From Candidatus Saccharimonadota bacterium (GTDB lineage Bacteria > Patescibacteriota > Saccharimonadia > CAILAD01 > BJGX01), in the NCBI GenBank assembly GCA_046350735.1, contig JAXLZU010000001.1:750462-797647 (forward strand): a stretch of DNA of 47,186 nt. The letters are read 5' to 3'. Positions 9,788 through 18,617 of the stretch are shown piece by piece. Below the pieces are notes generated by a model. It was not told the DNA's origin. It saw only the letters and a list, made by a program, of their open reading frames with translations, and searched no databases. The position numbers and the translations under genes are program-made. Each line of letters begins with the position of its first letter. Positions within the stretch are counted from its first letter, which is position 1.

Positions 9788-11209
9788 CTAATATCCGCTT
9801 CTACCAAACAAAACCACTGGAATTGTTCGAAATAAAATAGAGATATCGAGACCCAGACTCCAATTTTCTATATAGTATATATCTAATTTTACCCGTGAGT
9901 CATAATCGATATCATTTCTGCCTGATACCTGCCATAGACCAGTTAGCCCAGGCTTGATATGCAAGAATATTCCTGACTCATCACCATATCGACTCAGCTC
10001 ATTTTCTACAATAGGCCGTGGCCCGACAAAACTTAACTGACCTACTAAAACATTAAAAAGTTGGGGTAACTCATCGAGACTAGTACGACGAAGAAATCTA
10101 CCAATACTGCTAACACGAGGGTCATTCTTAACCTTCTGATCTCGCTTAAACTCAGCTATTAGAGCAGGGTCGCCAAATGTTTGCAGTATCTCCAAATCAG
10201 TTTTTCCTGCATACTTCCCTCCTGTACAATACATCTGTTTCATGCTGCGAAATTTGAGAATAGCTAATGGCTTACCCGAGCGTGTAATCCTTTTATGTGA
10301 ATAAAATATTGGGCCATTGTCGAAGATTTTTATAAGAAGAGCAATTATTGCCATTATTGGTAGGGCCACGCACAATGCAATAAGACACAATAACAAATCA
10401 AGTATTCGTTTTACTACTCGGCCCCAACCATCTAGAGGAGTAGCAATTACTTCTAAGAGCGCCATATCGCCAAGTCGGGCAGTCTTCATAGTAGATCCAT
10501 ACAGCTCTCGAATAGTAGGCACTACATGTAGTTGCACCTGGTTTTGACGACAAAACAATAGTAACTTAGTAATAACATCTGTATTTTCACTATTATCAAT
10601 ATAGAAGATGTCATCTAGGTTATGTTCGCGCTGAAATTCTTGCCAATTTTTGTGTCCTAAAAAACTTTTTGTAGTATTATTTGCAACAATATGATAGCCT
10701 TGGGCCTTATTACTCAGTAGTTTTTCCAATTCTATTCGCGCAGGACCACTACCAAGTATTAGGGTGTTATGAGTACCAAATTGATACCGATACAACATCT
10801 GTTGTAGCAAGAAAAGACTGTATCTTGCCAAACAAACCAAAACCGTAGCAAACAAGAATCCATAGACTGGCACTGCTTTTGAGGGGAATATAGGATTACT
10901 AGAAAAGAAATCAAAAATAATCAATACTGTTGTACCAATTGCTGAGGCCCCGACGATACGACTAAACTCGCTCAGACGAGAGCGATGGGCACTCGTAAAG
11001 CTGTAAAGACCAAAGAAGGCATATATCACTAGCCAGCTTAGCAAAAATAGCAATAGTCCAAGCAGATATTGTCTTCCCGCTATAGAATAAGCAAATGGTT
11101 TGGCCTGACCCTCACGAATTAGATATGCTAGAGCAAAACCAAAAACAATCATCAGATAGTCGATTGGTATATGTATTAGCAGAAATGCCAGCTCGCTGCG
11201 TTTTTTCAT
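9788..11209 (-). CDS. Polyprenyl-phosphate sugar phosphotransferase (WcaJ/WbaP-like priming transferase)
   Basis: TM N-terminus; KFRSM, DPRVSSIGRFLRRTSLDELPQL, VGPRP, KPGLTGLWQVSGR, DIYYIENWS. Confidence 0.92.
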   Translation of the reverse strand: MKKRSELAFLLIHIPIDYLMIVFGFALAYLIREGQAKPFAYSIAGRQYLLGLLLFLLSWLVIYAFFGLYSFTSAHRSRLSEFSRIVGASAIGTTVLIIFDFFSSNPIFPSKAVPVYGFLFATVLVCLARYSLFLLQQMLYRYQFGTHNTLILGSGPARIELEKLLSNKAQGYHIVANNTTKSFLGHKNWQEFQREHNLDDIFYIDNSENTDVITKLLLFCRQNQVQLHVVPTIRELYGSTMKTARLGDMALLEVIATPLDGWGRVVKRILDLLLCLIALCVALPIMAIIALLIKIFDNGPIFYSHKRITRSGKPLAILKFRSMKQMYCTGGKYAGKTDLEILQTFGDPALIAEFKRDQKVKNDPRVSSIGRFLRRTSLDELPQLFNVLVGQLSFVGPRPIVENELSRYGDESGIFLHIKPGLTGLWQVSGRNDIDYDSRVKLDIYYIENWSLGLDISILFRTIPVVLFGRSGY

Positions 11210-11226
11210 GGTTGCCTTATTATACC

Positions 11227-11254
11227 AAAAAAGCCCTATTCAATAGAGCTTTTT
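11227..11254 (-). terminator. Terminator after rnpB
   Basis: Minus strand reads aaaaagctctattgaatagggctttttt. Confidence 0.7.
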
Positions 11255-11260
11255 CTGGTA

Positions 11261-11657
11261 TGAGTTAGTTATAAGCCGAATTCTGTATCTCTCACCATTG
11301 TATGGTGAGAGACCACAATCATCTATCTTCCCGTTACCAGGTGTCCCGCACCATATTGTGGTGTGGGATCATGCGATATATCCTATTTCTCAAGCGAGTA
11401 ACTTGTCTGCCAAGGACAGAAGGATCCATTAATCTTGCAGCCAACAGGGTTTACCAGCTCTTAATTGTCACCAACTAAGATTGTGAGCTCTTACCCCACT
11501 CTTTTCACCCTTACCCCTCACCATCAAATGGTGAGGGGCGGTATAGTTTCTGCGGCACTTTCCCGTGGGTCACCCCAGGTTGCCGTTAGCAACTGCTGTA
11601 CTCTATGCTGTTCGGACTTTCCTCTCGTCTGGAGACGAGCGATTGTGCGCTAACTCA
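11261..11657 (-). ncRNA. rnpB: RNase P RNA (about 397 nt)
   Basis: Minus strand has the universal GAGGAAAGTCCG near the 5' end, GGAAAGTGCCGCAGAAA, GGTAAACCC and 3' ACAGAATTCGGCTTAT. The terminal P1 helix is TGAGTTAG/CTAACTCA. Confidence 0.95.
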
Positions 11658-11690
11658 CATTACTATTTTACTATAATATACCAATATTGT

Positions 11691-12098
11691 CTATATATTT
11701 GCGTCAAGGCATTTATTAACCATAGCATCGGCTTCGGTATTTTTTGCGCGCAAGACGTGAGTAAAAGTTAACTCTAAACCCTCACTAAGTTGCGCTACTT
11801 TTGCAAAAAGCAGCTTCATATCTGGATGCTTTACTTTGTACACTCCACATAACTGCTGTACTACAAGCATACTGTCCAAGTAAAAGTTTGCTTTCACTAT
11901 CTTCATCTCATGTAGTTTTTGTAAAGCTACTATCACCGCCCAGTACTCAGCATAATTGTTGGTTTTTATCCCTAAATATTCACAATATTCACCCAGCACC
12001 TTACCGTCTGTAGTTTTAATTACTACACCAGCTGCAGCGGGACCTGGGTTACCCCTACTACCCCCGTCACAATATACACTTACCTCCTGATTAGCCAT
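11691..12098 (-). CDS. rnhA: Ribonuclease HI
   Basis: YCDGGSRGNPGPAAAG, TNNYAEY, DSMLVVQQL, H..R..N..AD. Confidence 0.93.
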   Translation of the reverse strand: MANQEVSVYCDGGSRGNPGPAAAGVVIKTTDGKVLGEYCEYLGIKTNNYAEYWAVIVALQKLHEMKIVKANFYLDSMLVVQQLCGVYKVKHPDMKLLFAKVAQLSEGLELTFTHVLRAKNTEADAMVNKCLDANI

Positions 12099-12862
12099 AG
12101 TCCAACCACTGCCAATCCAATCACGATTCGATATATTACAAATAACAACATAGAGTGATTTTTAAGATAATCCAATAACCACTTAATTACCACTATGCCA
12201 GCAACAAAGGTAACAACAATTCCTACAAGAATATCAAAGTTAGAAAGTGTTGGACTAGGGTTTTTAATTATTTCTAAGAGTTTATATAGCCCTGCACCCA
12301 ACGAGATAGGCGTAGCAAGTAAAAAACTAAATCTAGCTGCCTCTTTACGAGTAAATCCTAACCAGAGACCGGCAGTAATAGTTATGCCAGAACGCGAAGC
12401 ACCCGGTATAAAAGCAAGTACTTGGGCAAAGCCCACAAATAGGCTTTGCTTTAGTGTAATCTCTTTTTCTTGTTCTTTCTTTTTACCAACCGTATCAACA
12501 TAATAAAGCAATAATGAGAAGAAAATCATTCCTATGCCAACAATAAGTGGTGCGTAACTACTAGCATGTAGAGTTTTCTCGATAAACTTATCACCAAAGA
12601 ATCCAATTATGCCAGCAGGAATTGATGCAACTACTATGTACCACAGAAGTCTATCTTTGGTCTTTACCATCTTCCAAAAGTCTTTCCAAAAGAAGACTAA
12701 CAGTGCAAGTGCTGTGCCGATATGGATTGCAGCATCAAAAGCCAAACCAGGATCAGTAAGATTGAAGGCCCATGGTACCAACAATAAGTGTGCTGAGCTG
12801 CTAATAGGCAAGAACTCAGTTATTGCCTGTACAATAGAGAGCAATATTACTATAAATATCAT
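12080..12862 (-). CDS. uppP: Undecaprenyl-diphosphate phosphatase BacA/UppP
   Basis: QAITEFLPISSSAH, PGASRSGIT, AARFSFLL. Confidence 0.95.
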   Translation of the reverse strand: MIFIVILLSIVQAITEFLPISSSAHLLLVPWAFNLTDPGLAFDAAIHIGTALALLVFFWKDFWKMVKTKDRLLWYIVVASIPAGIIGFFGDKFIEKTLHASSYAPLIVGIGMIFFSLLLYYVDTVGKKKEQEKEITLKQSLFVGFAQVLAFIPGASRSGITITAGLWLGFTRKEAARFSFLLATPISLGAGLYKLLEIIKNPSPTLSNFDILVGIVVTFVAGIVVIKWLLDYLKNHSMLLFVIYRIVIGLAVVGLWLIRR

Positions 12863-12866
12863 TGTT

Positions 12867-13274
12867 TTAAACTCCCTCTTCTTTAATTGTTGTACGAATT
12901 TTTTCTGCTACAGGCTGTAATGTGGTAAATTCTACTGTCTTAGCACTGGTGTGGTCCATATCTTCCATCTTGTAAAACGGAATTACATGAATGTGTACAT
13001 GAGGCACTTCAAACCCAACAATTTCGACACCAACTTTTGGGCATTGATATACTTTTTTTAATACTTTACCCATTTTTTGTACAATATCCATACAATGTAG
13101 GTACGTTTTGCGGTCTAGGTCTTCCCAGTTAGCTACTTGGGCAATCGGTATTACCATTATATGTCCCTCTGTATGTGGCGCAATTGTAGGAATAACAAAA
13201 CAAATATCGTCTTGATAAATAATCTCGCGCGGAATTTCGCCCTTAAGCATCTTAGTAAATACAGAGTCAGCCAT
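12867..13274 (-). CDS. HIT-family nucleotide hydrolase
   Basis: SVFTKMLKGEIP and the HIT motif HVHIH. Confidence 0.92.
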   Translation of the reverse strand: MADSVFTKMLKGEIPREIIYQDDICFVIPTIAPHTEGHIMVIPIAQVANWEDLDRKTYLHCMDIVQKMGKVLKKVYQCPKVGVEIVGFEVPHVHIHVIPFYKMEDMDHTSAKTVEFTTLQPVAEKIRTTIKEEGV

Positions 13275-13304
13275 AACTAATTTAGTATAGCACCTAGGCG
13301 CGTT

Positions 13305-13457
13305 TTAGTGCAGCTGTGCAGCCACTTCTTCGGCATGAAGGTATATGTGAGATATGTTATTAAGATTCTGCATAGCTTGTTGCTGCATATCTGCCATGTA
13401 CTTGCCATACATCAGCAACAACGACGCAATTATGGTAATAGTCATAAGTTTACCCAT
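13305..13457 (-). CDS. Unlisted 50-aa small protein with N-terminal hydrophobic helix
   Basis: MGKLMTITIIASLLLMYGKYMADMQQQAMQNLNNISHIYLHAEEVAAQLH*. It fills the gap between two minus-strand genes and is shorter than any ORF in the track. Confidence 0.55.
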   Translation of the reverse strand: MGKLMTITIIASLLLMYGKYMADMQQQAMQNLNNISHIYLHAEEVAAQLH

Positions 13458-13499
13458 TGGTACTAAACTACTGTCAACGTCGCAAAATGTAAAGCATAG

Positions 13500-14234
13500 C
13501 TATTTTTTTCTAAAAATAAACATACAGTCAACACCCTGTGCCTGTTCAATTACTGATTTACCTTCGGACTCTGCCTGAACAGCTTCTTCCTTACTCAAAC
13601 GGTGAATTTTACCATCTCTATCTACATGGATATAATCTGGAATGAACCATCTCTCCATCTCTGCGGGTTCATAAACCCTATCAGCAATTCCGCCAATAAG
13701 CTCCAATTCTTCAAATTCATGTAAAACATTTGCACTGTCTAGCCAGTTATTAGCTAGTACGTAGCCACCTCGTCTTACCTGGTCGACCAAATGCTTTGTG
13801 GTTGGTCCTGGATTCCAAAAAACCAACACATCGATTGGTTTTTCTGAAACATATGTTTCAGAGCTAGCTTGAATAGCGTTTAACCCATTGTTTTTATAGC
13901 TTTCTACTGCCTCTAAACTTATGTCTAAACCAAGCACATGTTCTTTCCCGAATATCTCTCCAACATTTCCGTCACTGCCACACCCGGCATGAATAACAAA
14001 ATAATCTTCTGGCAATTGCATAAGTTCTTTAGCGGAAATAAATAACTCAGCCTGTTTTCGCACAGGGTTTTCGGCTGATCTGTTTAGTCCACGCAACTTT
14101 TCATCTAACGCATCGGTTGCTTTTTGAGCCCCAACCCTTTGATCTGATACATCGAGTAATTTGTGCCTCAATTCGTCTATATCAGGAGGAAAATCATCAT
14201 ATTTCTTATGTGGCTGTAGTTTATTTTCTTCCAT
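13500..14234 (-). CDS. Class I SAM-dependent methyltransferase-like protein
   Basis: Motif I-like VIHAGCGSDG followed by VLGLDIS. The likely start is MEENKLQ at 14234; the longer tracked ORF runs through tRNA-Pro. Confidence 0.65.
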   Translation of the reverse strand: MEENKLQPHKKYDDFPPDIDELRHKLLDVSDQRVGAQKATDALDEKLRGLNRSAENPVRKQAELFISAKELMQLPEDYFVIHAGCGSDGNVGEIFGKEHVLGLDISLEAVESYKNNGLNAIQASSETYVSEKPIDVLVFWNPGPTTKHLVDQVRRGGYVLANNWLDSANVLHEFEELELIGGIADRVYEPAEMERWFIPDYIHVDRDGKIHRLSKEEAVQAESEGKSVIEQAQGVDCMFIFRKK

Positions 14235-14271
14235 AATATAATAATAACATGCATAATATAATAATAACATG
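14232..14271. repeat. Perfect 20-bp tandem duplication CATAATATAATAATAACATG x2
   Basis: 14232-14251 is identical to 14252-14271. The pair spans from the tRNA-Pro CCA end to the methyltransferase ATG. Confidence 0.95.
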
Positions 14272-14346
14272 GTCGGGGTGAGCAGACTCGAACTGCCGAC
14301 CTCACGGCCCCCAGCCGTACGCGCTAGCCAACTGCGCCACACCCCG
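14270..14346 (-). tRNA. tRNA-Pro(GGG)
   Basis: CGGGGTGTGGCGCAGTTGG...TACGG-CTGGGGG-CCGTG...GTTCGAGT...CACCCCGACCA; cloverleaf with encoded CCA. Confidence 0.97.
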
Positions 14347-14442
14347 ATGAAAAAATTATATCAGATAGCACCAAGAAATTCTGGCAAGACTATTCACATA
14401 ATACTTATGCTATGACATACTGTATATGTAAGAGTAATTTTA

Positions 14443-14979
14443 GTGCAGAATCTAACCAAGTCAGCTCAAATACTAGCATTTATCGCAAAGAAAGACTTAT
14501 TGCGACAGAATAAAATCATTACTGAACCTAGCTTGATTTCGGTATTTTCTGATTCAAAAACCACTACACCATCGAGACGTATAACTGATACACTTGCCCT
14601 ACTTGCTAAGCAGGGCTATCTAAGTGTTGGTATACTCGACAACCAAAAGGTATACACTATTACCCAAAAAGGACTTGGCAAATTACAACGTGAGCAAACT
14701 CGTAGCAGCTTGCCGGGCACTGGACGCTGGGACGGCCGTTACTACCTAGTTACCTTCGATATACCAGAAAGCCAGAAGGTAATCCGCAACCAAATTATTC
14801 TCGATCTTAAGAATGCTCAATTTTATAACTACAGTAAGGGCCTTTGGCTCTCGCCTTACAACCCTATAAAATATATCGAAACCACCAGATCTCGTTACAA
14901 TCTCGGTCAAAACATCAGACTAATTGTAGCTAGCCATCTAGAGGATGAGACTAAAATAAAACGACACTTCCATTTATAA
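14443..14979 (+). CDS. PaaX-like transcriptional regulator (wHTH plus Cas2-like ferredoxin domain)
   Basis: LAKQGYL...YTITQKG wing, then WDGRYYLVTFDIPE...GLWLSPY. GTG start. Confidence 0.75.
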   Translation: MQNLTKSAQILAFIAKKDLLRQNKIITEPSLISVFSDSKTTTPSRRITDTLALLAKQGYLSVGILDNQKVYTITQKGLGKLQREQTRSSLPGTGRWDGRYYLVTFDIPESQKVIRNQIILDLKNAQFYNYSKGLWLSPYNPIKYIETTRSRYNLGQNIRLIVASHLEDETKIKRHFHL

Positions 14980-15182
14980 AAGTGTCGTTTTTTTATAATT
15001 TCTTAAGAGTCCGCATCGCCGCAAGACTAGTATTTTTCCTGAAAAAAGTTCAGGTGGGCATCCGCAACATCATATGGTTTTCCATAAGAGTAATCTAAGA
15101 TTCCCTAGTAAAATGTCTAAGCAGAAAAAATATGTAGCCCATTAATAGCGTGCGTAGCAGAACTCACCCCTATTTTACCACG

Positions 15183-15818
15183 CTAGAGACTCACCGATCC
15201 ACCAACAATAAGATTTAGCAAAAACTGCACACTAGCGGTAATAAATGGCGTAATAAGTGGAAATAGAAAAAGGATAAAAACAAAAACTACCACAATGCCA
15301 TAGTTTTCAATTTTATCCATTACGTCACGTACAGGTGCCGGAGCAATTGCATACAATACCCTACTACCATCTAGCGGTGGGAATGGAATCATATTAAATA
15401 TAAAGAAGGCTAGATTAACTACTACAAACTGTAATAAAAACTGTCCATATACACCAGAAATAGGCACAAAACGTAGATACAAACCAACAACAACTGCCAT
15501 AAGCAAATTGCTAAGAGGTCCAGAAATAGCTACCAACACTACTCCCCATTTATCGTAGCGAACCGCATATGGGTTAAAAGGTACAGGCCGAGCCGCCCCA
15601 AACACCACAGGTGAGCCAAGCATAATAAGCCCTAACGGCAATAGTAGAGTTGTTAGTGGGTCAATATGTGCTAATGGGTTTAATGTCAGCCTACCATGGT
15701 CTTTAGCGGTTACATCTCCTAATAGATGTCCCGCCCAGGCATGGCAAAATTCGTGAATAGTTAAAGCAATAACTAATATTATTAGATACATTGCCAATGT
15801 AATGATATCGATATGCAT
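15183..15818 (-). CDS. Site-2 protease (M50 family)
   Basis: HEFCH zinc motif, GRLTLNPLAHIDP, NMIPFPPLDGS. Confidence 0.93.
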   Translation of the reverse strand: MHIDIITLAMYLIILVIALTIHEFCHAWAGHLLGDVTAKDHGRLTLNPLAHIDPLTTLLLPLGLIMLGSPVVFGAARPVPFNPYAVRYDKWGVVLVAISGPLSNLLMAVVVGLYLRFVPISGVYGQFLLQFVVVNLAFFIFNMIPFPPLDGSRVLYAIAPAPVRDVMDKIENYGIVVVFVFILFLFPLITPFITASVQFLLNLIVGGSVSL

Positions 15819-15914
15819 ACTCTAATAGTACTGTAGTGACGGGCCTCAAGGCAAAAAGAAACCCATGATTATATACTTGAAATTTAATTTATAACCTGTT
15901 ACACTAGTCTGGTT

Positions 15915-16154
15915 ATGTCATACAAATGTGATATCACCGGTAAAGGCAAGCAGTTTGGTAATAACCGCTCACACTCTTTGCGAGCCACTCCAAAAGCCTG
16001 GAAACCAAACTTACAAATGAAAACCCTGGTTATAGATGGCCAGAAGGTTCGTTTAAAGCTAGCCGCTTCTACCATTCGTACACTACGCAAGTATGAAACT
16101 CAGCTTAGCGCCAAAGAATTGGCTGCTGCCACCCAAGAATCTACCAAGAAATAA
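15915..16154 (+). CDS. rpmB: 50S ribosomal protein L28
   Basis: CDITGKGKQFGNNRSHS...WKPNLQ...STIRTL, with a short C-terminal extension. Confidence 0.95.
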   Translation: MSYKCDITGKGKQFGNNRSHSLRATPKAWKPNLQMKTLVIDGQKVRLKLAASTIRTLRKYETQLSAKELAAATQESTKK

Positions 16155-16169
16155 CCCTTACAAACACAT

Positions 16170-16199
16170 AAAAAACCACCTCATACGAGGTGGTTTTTT
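16170..16199. terminator. Bidirectional terminator between convergent genes
   Basis: aaaaaa-ccacctc-atac-gaggtgg-tttttt. Confidence 0.85.
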
Positions 16200-16221
16200 A
16201 TTACCGTTAAGACAGTCTTAG

Positions 16222-16755
16222 CTATTCTAGTACAATAAGCTGCTGATTCTCGATAGAAACATCTTTTTTACTCACCTTTAGCTTGGGGTTGCGAGTAATA
16301 TCTTTACCAAATTCTGCAGAAAGCGATTTTAACTGAGCTTCGTTATAACCAAATGGAATAACAATACTTGGCTCTAGTTCGCTAATTAGTTTATTTAATG
16401 ATTCAGCCTTTTCACCAAAAGCTCTAATAATTAGTATATCAGGATTACCTAAAGCTTCTATCTGTGATTCATCGAGATTATTTTCGTCGGTATCTATAAA
16501 ACTAATACGCAAACCGCTCGAAGTTACAACAAATCCGGTGGTTTTCTGTAAGGCTACCGCATCTATCATTGTATTTTTTACTTCGTATTCACCAGGACCA
16601 TCAAAGAGAATCTGCTCTTTTGTAGGTTTGTAAGTATGCTCTAAGCCAGACTGCAACACTACATCTGCTTTTACTTCTTTATCGGGGTTAATTGCAACAT
16701 CTGCTTGTTTGGCAACAAGCAAGAAGCTATCTTGGTTATTTTTGGTTATTTCCAT
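16222..16755 (-). CDS. Metallo-beta-lactamase-fold-like protein lacking the HxHxDH motif
   Basis: FDGPGEYEVKN...EALGNPDILII...LEPSIVIP resembles Lactamase_B_3-type proteins. The metal ligands are not evident. Confidence 0.6.
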   Translation of the reverse strand: MEITKNNQDSFLLVAKQADVAINPDKEVKADVVLQSGLEHTYKPTKEQILFDGPGEYEVKNTMIDAVALQKTTGFVVTSSGLRISFIDTDENNLDESQIEALGNPDILIIRAFGEKAESLNKLISELEPSIVIPFGYNEAQLKSLSAEFGKDITRNPKLKVSKKDVSIENQQLIVLE

Positions 16756-16792
16756 AAGGTCTTATTATAGCAATATATTAGAGTATTTTCGA

Positions 16793-17827
16793 TTACTTTT
16801 CTATCTTGTCATCATAATATTGTCGCATGCTCGAGAAGATAACCGACAATGCGGCAGTAACTGGCACAGCAATAAGTACCCCAACAAATCCAAGTAACGT
16901 TCCGCCAACCATGGCTGCCAAAAGTACAATCATAGGATGAACGCCTACAGCCTTCTTCATTACCTGGGGCACTATAATATTACCCTCTAGTTGCTGTATC
17001 ACCAAGAACAACACCGCAACTGCAGCAGTTTTCCAGATAGATCCAGTGGTAACAAAGGCAAATGCTACTGCGGGTATTGCACCAAGATATGCGCCAACCA
17101 TTGGTACTGCTTCCATTAGCCCAGCAAATAACGCGAGGGTTAATGCATAGTCTATACCAAGTATCGACATGCCAATATAACTTAGAATAAACACAATAAA
17201 ACACAGTATTAGCTGGCCACGCAACCAATGGCCAAGCTTATTAGACACATCGTGCATAATACTTACAAATTGCATACGCCAAGCTTTTTTGGGTAACAAA
17301 CCCGAAAGAATAACTGCAAACCTGCGACCACTAGCAAGCATATAGATTAAGAAAACAAAGAAAGTAAGAAAGCTAAAGAGCCCACCTGCCAGACTAAGAG
17401 AAATGCTGGTGAGATTGTTAGAGATGCGGCTTGTATTATCGCGGAATAACTGCTCGCCACGCTGATACCCCCAAGACAGGTTGCTATTGTGTGAGGTATA
17501 CTCTTTTAGTTTTGTTTGGTATGATGGCCAATTTTTTGCCAGGGTCTGTGCCTGGGTAATAGTAGTAGGGATTATCAGCCACATAATAAAAGCAAACACA
17601 GCCACAATACTAATAATAACTATTGCTACTGCAAAGCCACGACGAATTTTGAGCTTTTCTTCTAAGAAAGTAACGAGCGGATTAAGTGCAATGGCAAAAA
17701 TACCGGCAACAATAAGAGACAATATTATTCCAGAAAGCTGAATAGTGAGCCAAATTAGAATAATTGCTCCGAGTAAGTATAAGAACGATAATGGTGATAC
17801 TACGACTATGTGACGTACTTTTTTCAC
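16793..17827 (-). CDS. AI-2E family transporter (PerM-like)
   Basis: Multi-TM protein; WLRGQLIL, EAVPMVGAYLG, QQLEGNIIVPQVM, VHP...G.LGFVGVLIAVP. Confidence 0.92.
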   Translation of the reverse strand: MKKVRHIVVVSPLSFLYLLGAIILIWLTIQLSGIILSLIVAGIFAIALNPLVTFLEEKLKIRRGFAVAIVIISIVAVFAFIMWLIIPTTITQAQTLAKNWPSYQTKLKEYTSHNSNLSWGYQRGEQLFRDNTSRISNNLTSISLSLAGGLFSFLTFFVFLIYMLASGRRFAVILSGLLPKKAWRMQFVSIMHDVSNKLGHWLRGQLILCFIVFILSYIGMSILGIDYALTLALFAGLMEAVPMVGAYLGAIPAVAFAFVTTGSIWKTAAVAVLFLVIQQLEGNIIVPQVMKKAVGVHPMIVLLAAMVGGTLLGFVGVLIAVPVTAALSVIFSSMRQYYDDKIEK

Positions 17828-17830
17828 AGC

Positions 17831-18502
17831 TTAAGCCGCCGATTTGGTTACTGCTGAATAATCTTCATTCTGGTCTATAACAGGTATCTTTTCTGGTTGG
17901 TCCTTCTTTTCTTTCTCGAAGATACCAAGACTATCATAGAGAACTGCTTTCTTAGCATCGAGTATATCCATTAGAAATCGGTCGCTTAGGTTGCGGCGAT
18001 AGTCAAAGTCTTCAAGTCGCATTGCAGTATAGTTAAGCTCTCGACTCATTTCTTTTTCGAGATCTGCCACAATACTAGCAAGCTTGGCTTTATTCATGTC
18101 ACCCACAATAAATATATCTATCGATTGGTTACTACCTCGTACAAAAGCACCGCTTAAGAATACCATACGCACATTGCCGGCTTTTTTTAGCTCTTTTAGG
18201 ATATGGTCATCCTCTTTTGTTTGCTTAATAGCCTTTGTTTTTGATGGAATTTTAGAGAAGATAGCCTGCAATTCGTTATGAAACTTATATTTTGGATTTA
18301 CCTCGTAATAGAGCCTGTTACCCTGATTAACCGAACGAACAATGCCGATATTGAGTAGGTTCTGCAACTCTCGTCTAACAGAGTTAATTTGTTCATCGAT
18401 TTTGCGAGTAATCTCGCGGACGTAAAAGGGACGCTCGGGATTGTTATAAAACAAGCTGAGTAGTTTTACACGAGTTTTTGATCCAAACAATTGTTCAAAC
18501 AT
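17831..18502 (-). CDS. wHTH plus nucleotidyltransferase-like regulator
   Basis: LFGSKTRVKLL..F...YVREITR..EQINSVRREL (HTH), then VFLSGAFV...IDIFIVG (Pol-beta-like). AAGGTGG SD. Confidence 0.8.
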   Translation of the reverse strand: MFEQLFGSKTRVKLLSLFYNNPERPFYVREITRKIDEQINSVRRELQNLLNIGIVRSVNQGNRLYYEVNPKYKFHNELQAIFSKIPSKTKAIKQTKEDDHILKELKKAGNVRMVFLSGAFVRGSNQSIDIFIVGDMNKAKLASIVADLEKEMSRELNYTAMRLEDFDYRRNLSDRFLMDILDAKKAVLYDSLGIFEKEKKDQPEKIPVIDQNEDYSAVTKSAA

Positions 18503-18617
18503 CTTCCACCTTATCGCCTTGCATAAATGTGTTCATTTATACGTTTATTCGATATTTACTCCTGATTATAGAGGTAATTGAATAAAAAATCTAGACAGTT
18601 AATATAACTTTTTTCAT

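Noticed and set aside
11465-11771. Small plus-strand ORFs at 11465-11653 and 11565-11771
   Set aside because: They are antisense to rnpB/rnhA and have no coding features.
14235-14342. N-terminal extension of the tracked 280-aa ORF
   Set aside because: It overlaps tRNA-Pro on the same strand, so the real start is probably 14234.
14443-14979. Cas2 / CRISPR system
   Set aside because: The Cas2-like motif is part of a PaaX-like fusion. There is no cas1, no effector gene and no repeat-spacer array in the window.
14994-15182. Possible small gene or pseudogene between the PaaX-like and site-2 protease genes
   Set aside because: The minus-strand frames I read are interrupted by stops, with no convincing start or recognisable homology.
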